A stretch of DNA of 64,000 nucleotides. Source: an uncultured Saprospiraceae bacterium (lineage in GTDB: Bacteria > Bacteroidota > Bacteroidia > Chitinophagales > Saprospiraceae). Positions 54,580-64,000 of the stretch are shown in pieces. The position numbers and the translations under genes were made by a program. How positions within the stretch are numbered: position 1 is the stretch's first letter; every line of letters begins with the position of its first letter. The stretch spans positions 2,193 through 66,192 of the forward strand of contig CAYWKD010000019.1 in assembly GCA_964458705.1 (NCBI GenBank), in the 5' to 3' direction. Under the pieces are notes generated by a model. The model was given only the letters and a program-made list of their open reading frames with translations. It had not been told where the DNA came from and did no database searches.

Positions 54580-55593
54580 CTACGACTTTATGGTACGAAT
54601 AATAGCTGCTGCCACTTTATAAGGGTTGGCTGCTGAGTTTGGACGGCGATCTTCCAACCAGCCATTCCAACCATTTTCTACCGTTGCAATTGGAATACGA
54701 ATGGATGCCCCACGATCAGAAATACCATAAGAAAACTTATCAATGGCTTGCGTTTCGTGCAGACCAGTTAAGCGCAAGTGATTGTCGTGTCCATAATTTG
54801 CAATACAATCGGCTATGGATTCTGGTGTGCTAAATTTTTGGCAAATTTGATCGTAAATAGCTTTATCTCCAGCCGTTCTGAGCAAGCTGTTTGAGAAGTT
54901 AGCGTGCATTCCTGAGCCATTCCAATCTCCACTAATTGGTTTACAGTTAAAATCTACATAGATGCCATATTTTTCAGCAACACGCTCTAACATATATCTT
55001 GCCACCCAAATCTGGTCACCTGCTGATTTAGCACCTTTTGAAAAAATCTGAAATTCCCATTGCCCAGCAGCTACTTCTGCATTGATTCCCTCAATATTCA
55101 AGCCTGCATCAATACAAAAGTCCAAATGCTCCTCCACAATATCGCGACCATAGGCACGCTTAGCACCTACCCCACAATAGTAAGGTCCTTGAGGAGCTGG
55201 ATAGCCGCCAGCCGGAAAACCTAGTGGCAGACCAGTTTCTTCATCACTCAAAAAATATTCCTGCTCGAAGCCAAACCAAAAATCATTATCATCATCTGAA
55301 ATAGTGGCGCGCGCGTTTGATTCATGTGCTGTTCCATCTGCATTCAACACTTCAGTCATCACCAAATAAGCATTTTCGCGTGCTGGATCAGGACAAATAA
55401 ACACTGGCTTCAAAAGACAATCTGATGAGCCCCCCTCTGCTTGCTGCGTTGAACTACCATCGAATGACCAGATTGGACACTCCTCTAATTTGCCAGTGAA
55501 CTTACTACTATCCACCAATTTCGTTTTGCTACGTAATAGTTGCATCGGCTTATAACCATCTAGCCAGATGTACTCTAATTTTACTTTAGACAT
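54580..55593 (-). CDS. glnII: type II (eukaryote-like) glutamine synthetase
   Basis: 337 aa with the GSII-type N-terminus MSKVKLEYIWLDG and conserved FGFEQEYF and NGSGMHANFS segments. Confidence 0.85.
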   Translation of the reverse strand: MSKVKLEYIWLDGYKPMQLLRSKTKLVDSSKFTGKLEECPIWSFDGSSTQQAEGGSSDCLLKPVFICPDPARENAYLVMTEVLNADGTAHESNARATISDDDNDFWFGFEQEYFLSDEETGLPLGFPAGGYPAPQGPYYCGVGAKRAYGRDIVEEHLDFCIDAGLNIEGINAEVAAGQWEFQIFSKGAKSAGDQIWVARYMLERVAEKYGIYVDFNCKPISGDWNGSGMHANFSNSLLRTAGDKAIYDQICQKFSTPESIADCIANYGHDNHLRLTGLHETQAIDKFSYGISDRGASIRIPIATVENGWNGWLEDRRPNSAANPYKVAAAIIRTIKS

Positions 55594-56195
55594 TGTTTAA
55601 AACTGTTTAATTATTATGTAATACGTGCTTCACTCAAAAAACCACAAAGCTACTGAAAATAATAGCAAAGTAAATCATTGATTGTCTTTAGATTCTGAGA
55701 TTATATAGTAATCTACCTCCTTGAATCTTAGCTCAAGGAGATAGTTAAAGTACTTTTGTAAATCACCTTTTTGTAACCTATTCTAGCTTTTCTGCTGACT
55801 TTATAAAATTATTTAAAATGAATAAACTACAGCTAATAAAAATGAGGCTAAAGCGTTATTTGCTTCAAGTGAAGTATTTTCAAATACATCTTCTGAAGCA
55901 CTATCTTCGATAAAGCAGGAAACAAACACTGTTTTCTGATACTTTTGAGCAATGAACGCTCGGAAAATAATTGCCACTATGACGAGCGTCTTAGTTTTTA
56001 TTAGTAATAAAGTCCATCGATAAACAGCTATTTAAGCTCTTTGATAGAAGAAATTTATTAGCTTATTGCCAAAAGTGCGATGGATATAAGTCTTGAATAT
56101 TACAACCATGCACCACTCACAACGAAGCACATCTCCTATTTCAAAACAGGTAATCAGCTCTATATCAATCATCAAAATAACAGTCAGTTGATTCT

Positions 56196-57473
56196 TTACA
56201 TTCCGTAAGCATGCATGCCATGCTCGGCCATATCCAAACCTTCTATTTCTTCAGCTTCGCTTATACGCAAGCCTACTGTAACTTTCAATATAAGTCCAAA
56301 GATTAAGGAAAATACTACCGTGAACGCAATCACTGCAGATGCACCAAGTAATTGAGTACCAAAACTAAAATCACCTTGCCCAAAGATGCCCACAGCTAGT
56401 GTTCCCCAGATACCGCATACCAAATGAACAGAAGTTGCTCCAACAGGATCATCTATCTTTAGTCTATCAAACATGACTACAGAGAGCGGAATAATACATC
56501 CTGCTATAAAACCTGTAATAATTGCTAAATGTGGCGGTATCACATCCGCACCAGCCGTAATACCAACCAATCCACCTAGCATGCCATTTAGTACCATAGA
56601 AAGATCAAGTATTTTAAATAGTATATTGGAAACAATAAATGCGCCAATTGCACCTGCTGCTGCTGCTAGAGATGTAGTTGTAAATACTACTGATACTAAT
56701 TCTGGATCGCCTGATAAGACAGAGCCTCCGTTGAATCCATACCAACCAAACCACAGTAAGAATACCCCAATAGCAGCCAAGGGCATACTATGTCCCGGTA
56801 TCGGTTTGCTGCCCGACTTCGTATATTTCCCGATTCTCGGACCGAGTAATATAGCCATCACTAGTGCTGCTGCGCCGCCGCAGGCGTGAACTAAGGTAGA
56901 GCCAGCAAAGTCATAAAATCCTGCTTCGTCTAACCAGCCAGCACCCCATTTCCAACTGCCAGTGATTGGATAGCTAATAGCCACTAGTAGCGTAGCAAAA
57001 ATCAAAAACGGCCCGACTTTAATCCGCTCCGCCACTGCTCCAGAGACGATTGTCGCAGCTGTTGCCGCAAACATAGCTTGGAAGATAAAATCCGTCCAGT
57101 AGGTATAGGCTCCTTCCACATATCCAATTGGCGAGTAATCCTCTCCAGGATCAAGAAACGGTCCAGCAAAAGCAAAAAATTTCTGGGAAGCATCCTCCGC
57201 AAATCCTGGATACATTAAATTGAATCCTACTATGTAGTAAGTCAAAATTCCGATTGAGATAATCATTGCATTTTTGAATAGGATATTAACCACGTTTTTC
57301 TGGCGTACAAATCCTGCTTCAAGCGTCGAAAAGCCTAAGTGCATGACGAATACCATAGCTGTTGCTACGAGCATCCAAGTGTTGTTAGCGGTGAACAAAC
57401 CATTATTTGCAATCTCTGAAATTGCTTCGATTTGCTCCTTCGTAAATGTTTGTGTAAGTGCTTCGTCCATCAT
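56196..57473 (-). CDS. amt: ammonium transporter (Amt family)
   Basis: 425 aa, polytopic, with Amt signatures DFAGSTLVHACGG and WFGWYGFNGGS. Confidence 0.92.
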   Translation of the reverse strand: MMDEALTQTFTKEQIEAISEIANNGLFTANNTWMLVATAMVFVMHLGFSTLEAGFVRQKNVVNILFKNAMIISIGILTYYIVGFNLMYPGFAEDASQKFFAFAGPFLDPGEDYSPIGYVEGAYTYWTDFIFQAMFAATAATIVSGAVAERIKVGPFLIFATLLVAISYPITGSWKWGAGWLDEAGFYDFAGSTLVHACGGAAALVMAILLGPRIGKYTKSGSKPIPGHSMPLAAIGVFLLWFGWYGFNGGSVLSGDPELVSVVFTTTSLAAAAGAIGAFIVSNILFKILDLSMVLNGMLGGLVGITAGADVIPPHLAIITGFIAGCIIPLSVVMFDRLKIDDPVGATSVHLVCGIWGTLAVGIFGQGDFSFGTQLLGASAVIAFTVVFSLIFGLILKVTVGLRISEAEEIEGLDMAEHGMHAYGM

Positions 57474-57848
57474 TTACTTACAGTTAAAAGATTAGTTAGA
57501 CTGTATGGATACTAACTTTACAATCATTTTCAATTAATATTCCGTTGTCTTTTAATTCAAAAGTAATATAATTTATGCTTTAAGCAAATCACCAATAACT
57601 AGTTGGACTAGTATCAAATAAGCAAATAAACAATTCTCATTTCTGAAACAGAAGAAAAATTTATATCTGCTTATTTTGAAAGATTTTGTGTGCGTCACAG
57701 CTTTGGTTTTCTAAAAAAAACCTTCGTTTGAAGAAATACAATTTTCTTTTTGTTATTGAAAAAATTATCACCTCACTTAGAAATCTTGATGCTTGACGCC
57801 CTACTTTTTTTTAAAGAAGCCTTTACCTTTATCTTAAATTCAGGATAA

Positions 57849-59951
57849 ATGAAAATTACGCCTCTTTATGTTAGTCTAATTTTGAGTTTGCTTCTTACTA
57901 GCAATAGTATTGCTCAAACAGACACTTTATTTCAGACGCCTGAGGAGGCTCAGATTCTCCTAGAGGACTTGCTACAAAGTACGGAAAGTGATGTAGATTT
58001 CGACTTCAACACTATTTTTGAATCCTTAGCTGAATTTGCGGAACATCCTATCAACTTGAATAAGGCAGATGCAACTAGGCTGGCTGAACTGCAGTTGCTT
58101 TCAGATATTCAAGTCAATGAACTACTGAGCCACAGGGCTTTGTATGGCGATCTAATTTCGCTGCTAGAGCTGCAGTCTATTCCCTCTTTCGATCAAGAGA
58201 CGATCCAAACAATTTTGCCCTACGTTACGCTGAATAGTAGCTTGGATGATTATCAAGTACCTATTGCCAATATGTTCATAGAGGGAAAAAACGAATTGTA
58301 CCTTCGATGGAATAGAACAATACAAGAGCAGCGAGGCTATACAGATAATGTGAGTCCCGAGAGTCGCTTTCTTGGAGATCCCAATCGGTTTTATCTTCGT
58401 TACAAACACAGCTATGAAAATAAATTAAGCTACGGCATTACAGCGGAGAAAGATGCCGGAGAGGCATTTTTTCAGGGAGTCAATAAAAATGAAGGTTTTG
58501 ACTTTTATTCTGCCCATATTTTTTTGAAAAATTATAGTCGAACAATCAAAGCAATTGCACTAGGCGACTATGCTGTAAGTATGGGACAGGGTTTAATAAT
58601 GCACTCGGGCTATGGCTATGGCAAAAGTAATTTAGTAATGAACATCAAGAAGTCGTCTCCAACTTTACGACCTTATAGTTCGGTAAATGAAGTCGGTTTC
58701 CTCAGGGGAGCGGGCGTAACGCTAGGCATTGGCGAAGATATAGAAACAACTGTTTTTGCTTCCTATCGCGCTAGAGATGGCAACGTTATAGAACCCGATA
58801 CTACGAGCGTTTTCGACGATCAATTAGCAGGTTTTTCTTCGCTTTTAAATGCTGGTTTTCATCGAAATATCAACGAAGTTGAAGACCAAAATGCCATTCA
58901 GCAGTTATCATTAGGAGGAAAAATAGTTTACAAAAAAAGAAATTGGCATATTGGCATCAACGCAATATTCGATCAATTTAATCAGCCTTTAATTCGTAAT
59001 GTACAACCTTATAACCGCTTTTATTTTAGTGGTAAGCAAGTTTTTAATACAAGTCTAGATTATTCTTTCATCTAGCGTAATTTCAACTTTTTTGGAGAGA
59101 TAGCCACTAGTGATAATGGGGCAATCGCTACGCTAAATGGGCTATTAATTGGGTTAGACCGAAAAATAGATCTAGCTATTTTACATCGTTATTATCCTTT
59201 CGACTATGTTGCTTTGAATGGAAATGCTTTTGGTGAAACAACAGGCGTAAGAAATGAAAGTGGACTGTACTTGGGGCTAGTCACTCGACCGCTACCTAAG
59301 TGGGAATGGAGTGGTTATTTTGATCTATATGAACATCCTTGGTTGCGCTTTCGCACAGATGCACCATCCAAAGGTTACGATTGGCGAATGCGTCTTCGCT
59401 TCTATAAAAAGCGAGATGTAGAAGCTTATTTACAAATTCGCCAAGAGATAAAAGGACAAAACTTCTCTAATAATGAAACCAAATCTGACTTCATTGCTCC
59501 TAATAGAGCTTTTCAAGCCCGACTGCATCTATCCAAAAAAGTTACACCCGAATTAGAACTGCGAACGCGCATAGATTGGGGATACACGGACAATGGCAGT
59601 GAAACGGAACAGAGCAGGGGCTTTAACATTCTGCAAGACATCATTTATCGTCCTGTCCTATTTCCAGTTTCCTTTACAACTCGCTTTGCCATCTTTGACA
59701 CCGATGGCTTCAACACTCGTTTCTATCACTATGAAAATAATTTACTTTACACCTTTGCCATCCCAGCTTACTATAATCGTGGCACTCGCTTTTACCTCAA
59801 TATTCGATATAGAGGTGTTAGAAATCTAACCTTAGAAGCTAGATACGAACAAACTTTCTGGAAGAATCAAGATGGATTTGGAAGTGGTGTAACAAAAATA
59901 GAGGGCAACTTACGCTCTGCTATTAGTGCACAAGTGAAATACAAATTCTAG
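57849..59951 (+). pseudogene. helix-hairpin-helix / outer-membrane beta-barrel-like protein gene interrupted by one in-frame TAG
   Basis: The ORFs 57849-59075 and 59214-59951 are in the same frame. The 138 nt between them translate without stops (RNFNFFGEIATSDNGAIATLNGLLIGLDRKIDLAILHRYYPFDYVAL). Only the TAG at 59073-59075 breaks a 701-codon reading frame. The N-terminus has a signal peptide and ComEA-like HhH motifs. Confidence 0.7.
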
Positions 59952-59955
59952 TACG

Positions 59956-60294
59956 TTATTCCTCCCCTTCTTCTTCTTCTTCTGCGTTATAGTAAGCCTT
60001 TTCAAAGGCACGAATATAGTTGATCGTGCTACCTAGACGATCATAGTCAATACTATAATGAATATACTTACCATCTCTTTGAGTAGTAACTACTTTCGCT
60101 AAACGTAGAATACGTAAATGTTGAGAAGTGATGGACTGTTCTAGCCCTAGCGTGTTGTAAATTTTATTGACATTGATTTCTTCGTTGCTGTCAATAAAAG
60201 CTAGTAACTTTATACGAAGTGGATGTGCTATTGCACGAAGTAGATCAGAAGCTACTTTCAACTTCTTGTTGTTGATTACGGTCTTGGTCTTCAT
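59956..60294 (-). CDS. ArsR/SmtB-family transcriptional regulator (no metal-binding cysteines)
   Basis: Winged-HTH pattern LLRAIAHPLRIKLLAFI...NKIYNTLGLEQSITSQHLRILRLAKVV. The protein is cysteine-free and has an acidic C-terminal tail. Confidence 0.8.
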   Translation of the reverse strand: MKTKTVINNKKLKVASDLLRAIAHPLRIKLLAFIDSNEEINVNKIYNTLGLEQSITSQHLRILRLAKVVTTQRDGKYIHYSIDYDRLGSTINYIRAFEKAYYNAEEEEEGEE

Positions 60295-60483
60295 TTTAAA
60301 CGACTTACTTTTTACTTTGGCAATAATCGCTATTCAGCAAATGTGCTGTAGATAGCTTTTTTTATTATATCTTACTTTGGCTAATGCAAATATCTATTTT
60401 TTATTTATTTTTTCAAAATATTTAATACAAATAAGACGAACTGATAACGCAACAAGATTGAGCTCATTTTAGCATCATAGTAT

Positions 60484-62121
60484 TTATGCTAGATACTTAG
60501 CTACAATTGGCAGTCTTCTACCCATGCCAAAAGCCTTTGAAGAAACCCTAAGCACTGGGGCGGTTTGATAACGCTTAAACTCATTAATGTTAACCATTTT
60601 TAGCACCCGCTTCACTAGTGGAGCATCGAATCCTGCTGCAATGATTTCATTTGGTCCTTTACGCTGCTCAATGTATTGAAACAATATTTGATCGAGTACT
60701 TCATAATCGGGCAGACTATCAGAATCTTTTTGATCGGGGCGCAGTTCAGCAGAAGGTGGTTTGTTGATGATATTTTCAGGGATAATTTCATGGTTTTTAT
60801 TCATGTATCTTGCTAATTCATACACTTCCATTTTGTACAAATCACCAATCACGGAAAGTCCACCACACATATCTCCATAGAGCGTGCCGTAGCCTACTGC
60901 CATTTCGCTTTTGTTGGAGGTATTAAGCAAAATATTGCCGAATTTATTAGAGAATGCCATCAGTAGCATTCCTCTTGCACGCGCTTGAATATTCTCTTCT
61001 GCCAGCCCAAATTCTGTTGCCCAAAAGTGAGGAGCTAATACTTCCTTGTAAGCATGATAAATGTTTTCAATAGGCACAATGTCGTATTGGATACCTAGAT
61101 TTTCTGCCAGTTTTCTAGCATCTTGAACAGAGTGATCGGAGGAAAACTGTGAGGGCATCAGTAGAACACGAACGTTGTTCTTTCCCAAAGCTCTTGCGGA
61201 TAGCACGGCCACCACTGCGGAGTCAATACCTCCCGAAAGCCCTAGAATAACTTTTTTTAAACCCAGCTTATCGAAGTATTCTCTCAAGCCCATCACTAAG
61301 GCGTCATGGATAAGTGTTACTTTGTTCTTTGGCTGAGTCTGCTCCCGCCCTCCTTGCATAACAGTCTCTAAATCATATACCTTTAAGGAAGGCTGAAAGT
61401 AAGGTAGTTCTTCAAATACTTGTCCATTGGGAGAAAGCACCAATGAGCCACCATCAAATAATACTTCAGTTTGTGCACCATATTGATTGACATAAAACAG
61501 GGGAATATGGTACCTTTTCACGTTAGCTTTAGCTATTCGAATGCGCTCTGTACTTTGGGTATATGAAAAAGGAGAAGAAGATATATTTATCATCAAATCT
61601 GGTTGGTGAGGCATCATTTCATCCATTGGACAAATAGTATATAAAGGATTTTCATTACCTAAATTCCATATATCTTCACAGATGGTTAAAGCAATTTTTT
61701 TACCCTTATAAGTTACCAAACCAAAGCTACGAGCAGGCTCAAAATAGCGATACTCATCAAAAATATCATAAGTGGGTAGTAGTGCTTTATGTTGCACAAA
61801 TTGAATTGCTCCATCAGCGAGAAAGAAAGCAGCATTGTATAATGGCTTTCCTTGACCGGATTTATTTCTATCCACTGATCCCACTACAATGGCAATTCCC
61901 TGAGCCGCTGCCGCCAATCGAGCAACTGTATGCTCTGCTTCCTGAATAAAATCATCGAACTCTAAAAAGTCTCTTGGTGGATAACCAACAGTTGCTAACT
62001 CTGCGAAACAAACAATATCAGCTTCCTGGGCTTTTGCCTGAGCAACTGCATCAAGCATTTTTTGTAAGTTACCTTCAAAGTTTCCGATGTGATAGTTCAG
62101 TTGTGCAATTGCAATTTTCAT
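60484..62121 (-). CDS. nadE: glutamine-dependent NAD+ synthetase
   Basis: 545 aa with an N-terminal nitrilase/CN-hydrolase domain (catalytic Cys in LTICEDIW) and a C-terminal NAD synthetase domain with PP-loop LSGGIDS. Confidence 0.92.
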   Translation of the reverse strand: MKIAIAQLNYHIGNFEGNLQKMLDAVAQAKAQEADIVCFAELATVGYPPRDFLEFDDFIQEAEHTVARLAAAAQGIAIVVGSVDRNKSGQGKPLYNAAFFLADGAIQFVQHKALLPTYDIFDEYRYFEPARSFGLVTYKGKKIALTICEDIWNLGNENPLYTICPMDEMMPHQPDLMINISSSPFSYTQSTERIRIAKANVKRYHIPLFYVNQYGAQTEVLFDGGSLVLSPNGQVFEELPYFQPSLKVYDLETVMQGGREQTQPKNKVTLIHDALVMGLREYFDKLGLKKVILGLSGGIDSAVVAVLSARALGKNNVRVLLMPSQFSSDHSVQDARKLAENLGIQYDIVPIENIYHAYKEVLAPHFWATEFGLAEENIQARARGMLLMAFSNKFGNILLNTSNKSEMAVGYGTLYGDMCGGLSVIGDLYKMEVYELARYMNKNHEIIPENIINKPPSAELRPDQKDSDSLPDYEVLDQILFQYIEQRKGPNEIIAAGFDAPLVKRVLKMVNINEFKRYQTAPVLRVSSKAFGMGRRLPIVAKYLA

Positions 62122-62158
62122 GTATCTTTTTTAGACTTTCTTCCGTATTCCCCCTACC

Positions 62159-62815
62159 CTATCGACTTGTATTAAAGTCATCAATAAAGCTCAACTTAGC
62201 AAGCTGATACTTATCTTGAGTAACCATATTTTTCAATCCCATAATAGATTGAACTGGTCCTCGATCCAAGGCTAGATTGATCGCCCAAGCAGGAATATTG
62301 CCCCCTGGATCGGATTTTAAGTAGTACTCAACCAGCACTGAACCATCCTGTTGAGGCGTCAGTTCCCAGCGAATTTTCATTTCCTTTATTCTTACAATAC
62401 CTTTTTGCTCTGGAGTATAACTAGGCTCAGCTACGGAATGGGTAGTTATTTTACCCGTTTCAGGATTTTGATAAATAGTACCATGTGCAATGAAGTCCCT
62501 ATCCCAAAGCGGCCAAGGAAAGTCCATTACACTATGATAATATAATTCAGCATCTGAGACCTGCTCTTGTAGCGTTGCTTCCGAACAGCTATACACCCAT
62601 TTTGGGTAGAGTGCTACATCATACAGCAGCGCCATAATGGTTGAAAGCGGGGCATCAATGGTTGTTTTAATTTTTAGTTCCTTGATATTTGAGCCAACAG
62701 CATCTCGGTAGTAAACTTGTATATCGTTATTATTCTTTCTTAGTTCCCAGTTGGACTGTGCATTTATTGTGCTAACAAAAGTAAAAATGCAAAAAAGTAA
62801 GCTCAGTGATTTCAT
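62159..62815 (-). CDS. secreted START/SRPBCC-domain lipid-binding protein
   Basis: Signal peptide, then START-like features (YPKWVYSC...DFPWPLWDRDF...DPGGNIPAWAINL). Confidence 0.7.
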   Translation of the reverse strand: MKSLSLLFCIFTFVSTINAQSNWELRKNNNDIQVYYRDAVGSNIKELKIKTTIDAPLSTIMALLYDVALYPKWVYSCSEATLQEQVSDAELYYHSVMDFPWPLWDRDFIAHGTIYQNPETGKITTHSVAEPSYTPEQKGIVRIKEMKIRWELTPQQDGSVLVEYYLKSDPGGNIPAWAINLALDRGPVQSIMGLKNMVTQDKYQLAKLSFIDDFNTSR

Positions 62816-62991
62816 TATTACAGATTATTTATAGAAACGAACTAATTGTTTATTTGTATATTAGATAGTAAGATAATAGCATGGTCAATTTATGTAACAA
62901 GAATAGTAACGTAATATTAGGACTTTTCCTATTTCAACAAGTATCGAACAACCAAATAATTAGTTAGTTGGCTCAATAAACTACTTAATCT

Positions 62992-63786
62992 ATGAAGCAA
63001 TATCACGATTTACTGCAACACATCATAGCAAACGGAGCAGAAAAAGAAGATCGCACAGGCGTTGGCACAACCAGCGTCTTTGGTTATCAAATGCGATTTG
63101 ATTTAAGCAAAGGCTTTCCGCTTCTCACCACTAAAAAAATACATTTTAAGTCAATTGTGTATGAGTTGCTATGGTTTTTAAAAGGCGATACCAATGTGAA
63201 ATACTTGCAACAAAATGGCGTGCGTATTTGGAATGAATGGGCAGATGAAAATGGCGATTTAGGTCCAGTTTATGGCAAACAATGGATCAATTGGGCGGGA
63301 AAAGATGGGCAAACCATCAATCAGATTGAGCGCGCCGTTGAAACGATTAAGACCAACCCTAACTCTCGCAGGATCATTGTGAATGCTTGGAATGTAAGTG
63401 ATATTGCAGATATGGCACTGACGCCCTGCCATGCGCTATTTCAATTTTATGTGGCGAACGGAAGGCTTTCCTGCCAACTTTACCAGCGTTCAGCAGATGT
63501 TTTTCTCGGAGTGCCTTTCAATATTGCTTCCTATGCGCTTTTGACGATGATGATCGCACAGGTCTGTGCGTTAAAATTGGGTGATTTTGTACATACTTTT
63601 GGAGATGTTCATCTGTACAACAACCATGTAGAGCAAGCCAATTTACAACTTAGTAGAGATTTTAGACCACTGCCACAAGTCAAAATTAATGCTGCTGTAA
63701 AAGACATTTTTAGCTTTAAATATGAAGATTTTGAATTGCTAAATTATACGCCTCATCCGACCATTAAAGCAAAAGTAGCCGTATGA
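62992..63786 (+). CDS. thyA: thymidylate synthase (ThyA)
   Basis: 264 aa with DRTGVGT, the catalytic Cys in [12 protein letters not shown], and [16 protein letters not shown]. Confidence 0.97.
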   Translation: MKQYHDLLQHIIANGAEKEDRTGVGTTSVFGYQMRFDLSKGFPLLTTKKIHFKSIVYELLWFLKGDTNVKYLQQNGVRIWNEWADENGDLGPVYGKQWINWAGKDGQTINQIERAVETIKTNPNSRRIIVNAWNVSDIADMALTPCHALFQFYVANGRLSCQLYQRSADVFLGVPFNIASYALLTMMIAQVCALKLGDFVHTFGDVHLYNNHVEQANLQLSRDFRPLPQVKINAAVKDIFSFKYEDFELLNYTPHPTIKAKVAV

Positions 63787-64000
63787 TTTTCTTATTTCAT
63801 CAATCTGTATGAGCCTTCTATTAGTAGTAAGTGCATTTGTAGTATGTTTACAGTTGCTCTATGGTGTAGCACTTTTGGCAAATCAAATAAAAAAGTAAGC
63901 GTAAATTATTGACAGAGCATCCTTTAATATATACACGCTTCTTGGCTGTTTATTGCACTGCTTGGACTTGCCATAGCGGGTTGGGTAGAACTGCAACTTC

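Noticed and set aside
55594-56195. A degraded glnK/P-II gene in the amt-glnII spacer.
   Set aside because: My hand translation of the minus strand gave only very short peptides with no resemblance to P-II sequences, so I cannot support a pseudogene call. The spacer is kept as an unexplained region in the findings.
59073-59075. Pyrrolysine or other programmed recoding of the in-frame TAG.
   Set aside because: Nothing in the window supports a Pyl system (no pylT or pylS-like genes), and such recoding is not known in Bacteroidota. A nonsense mutation or a sequence error is far more parsimonious.
60295-60483. Direct repeats TTACTTTGGC(A/T)AAT upstream of the ArsR-family gene, as a possible autoregulatory operator.
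   Set aside because: There are only two imperfect copies in AT-rich DNA, in direct rather than inverted orientation (ArsR/SmtB operators are usually inverted repeats). This is insufficient support without comparative data.
1-64000. Search for rRNA, tRNA, CRISPR arrays, transposases, integrases, or IS-like terminal inverted repeats.
   Set aside because: I saw no regularly spaced direct repeats, no tRNA-like T-arm sequences (for example GGTTCGAATCC) and no rRNA-like conserved stretches. I also saw no ORFs with transposase or integrase motifs. This was an eye scan only, and tRNAscan-SE or Infernal would be decisive.

Overview
This 64-kb chromosomal window reads as a Bacteroidota genome. Supporting signs are a type IX secretion C-terminal sorting domain on a secreted protease, TAnnTTTG -7 promoter boxes close to start codons, and FadN-type and GSII-type enzymes. 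GC is roughly 40% by hand counts. About 55 densely packed protein-coding genes lie on both strands. I found no rRNA, tRNA, CRISPR array, transposase or integrase. Most genes are housekeeping: acpP, glyA, etfBA, a UvrD-type helicase-nuclease, a POT peptide transporter, a SulP anion transporter, cdsA, psd, tsaE, an alanine-dehydrogenase-family enzyme, two cyclophilins, crcB, a fadN-like/thiolase beta-oxidation pair, an X-Pro dipeptidyl peptidase, purM, mnmD, a GH20 hexosaminidase, smc, typA, GSII plus amt, nadE and thyA. The points most worth a second look are listed here. (1) An exact 20-nt palindromic sequence occurs only twice, upstream of the etfBA and fadN/thiolase operons, and is a candidate operator of an undescribed fatty-acid-degradation regulon. 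(2) An envelope gene trio at 2.0-5.5 kb comprises a coiled-coil protein, a membrane-anchored PspA/ESCRT-III-like protein and an orphan SBP-OmpA fusion. (3) A SulP permease sits next to an AT-rich glycosyltransferase cluster that contains a PAPS-type sulfotransferase, suggesting a sulfated glycoconjugate locus, and one GT2 gene there has mosaic GC. (4) A single-gene island of about 60% GC (PI-PLC/GDPD-like lipase gene with its own GC-rich terminator) follows an orphan short ECF sigma gene. (5) A degenerate HNH plus AP2-domain gene is present. (6) A single in-frame TAG splits an otherwise continuous 701-codon helix-hairpin-helix outer-membrane protein gene. (7) A 600-bp non-coding spacer separates amt from GSII, with no glnK. 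All functional calls rest on motif recognition by eye, and no database search was run.
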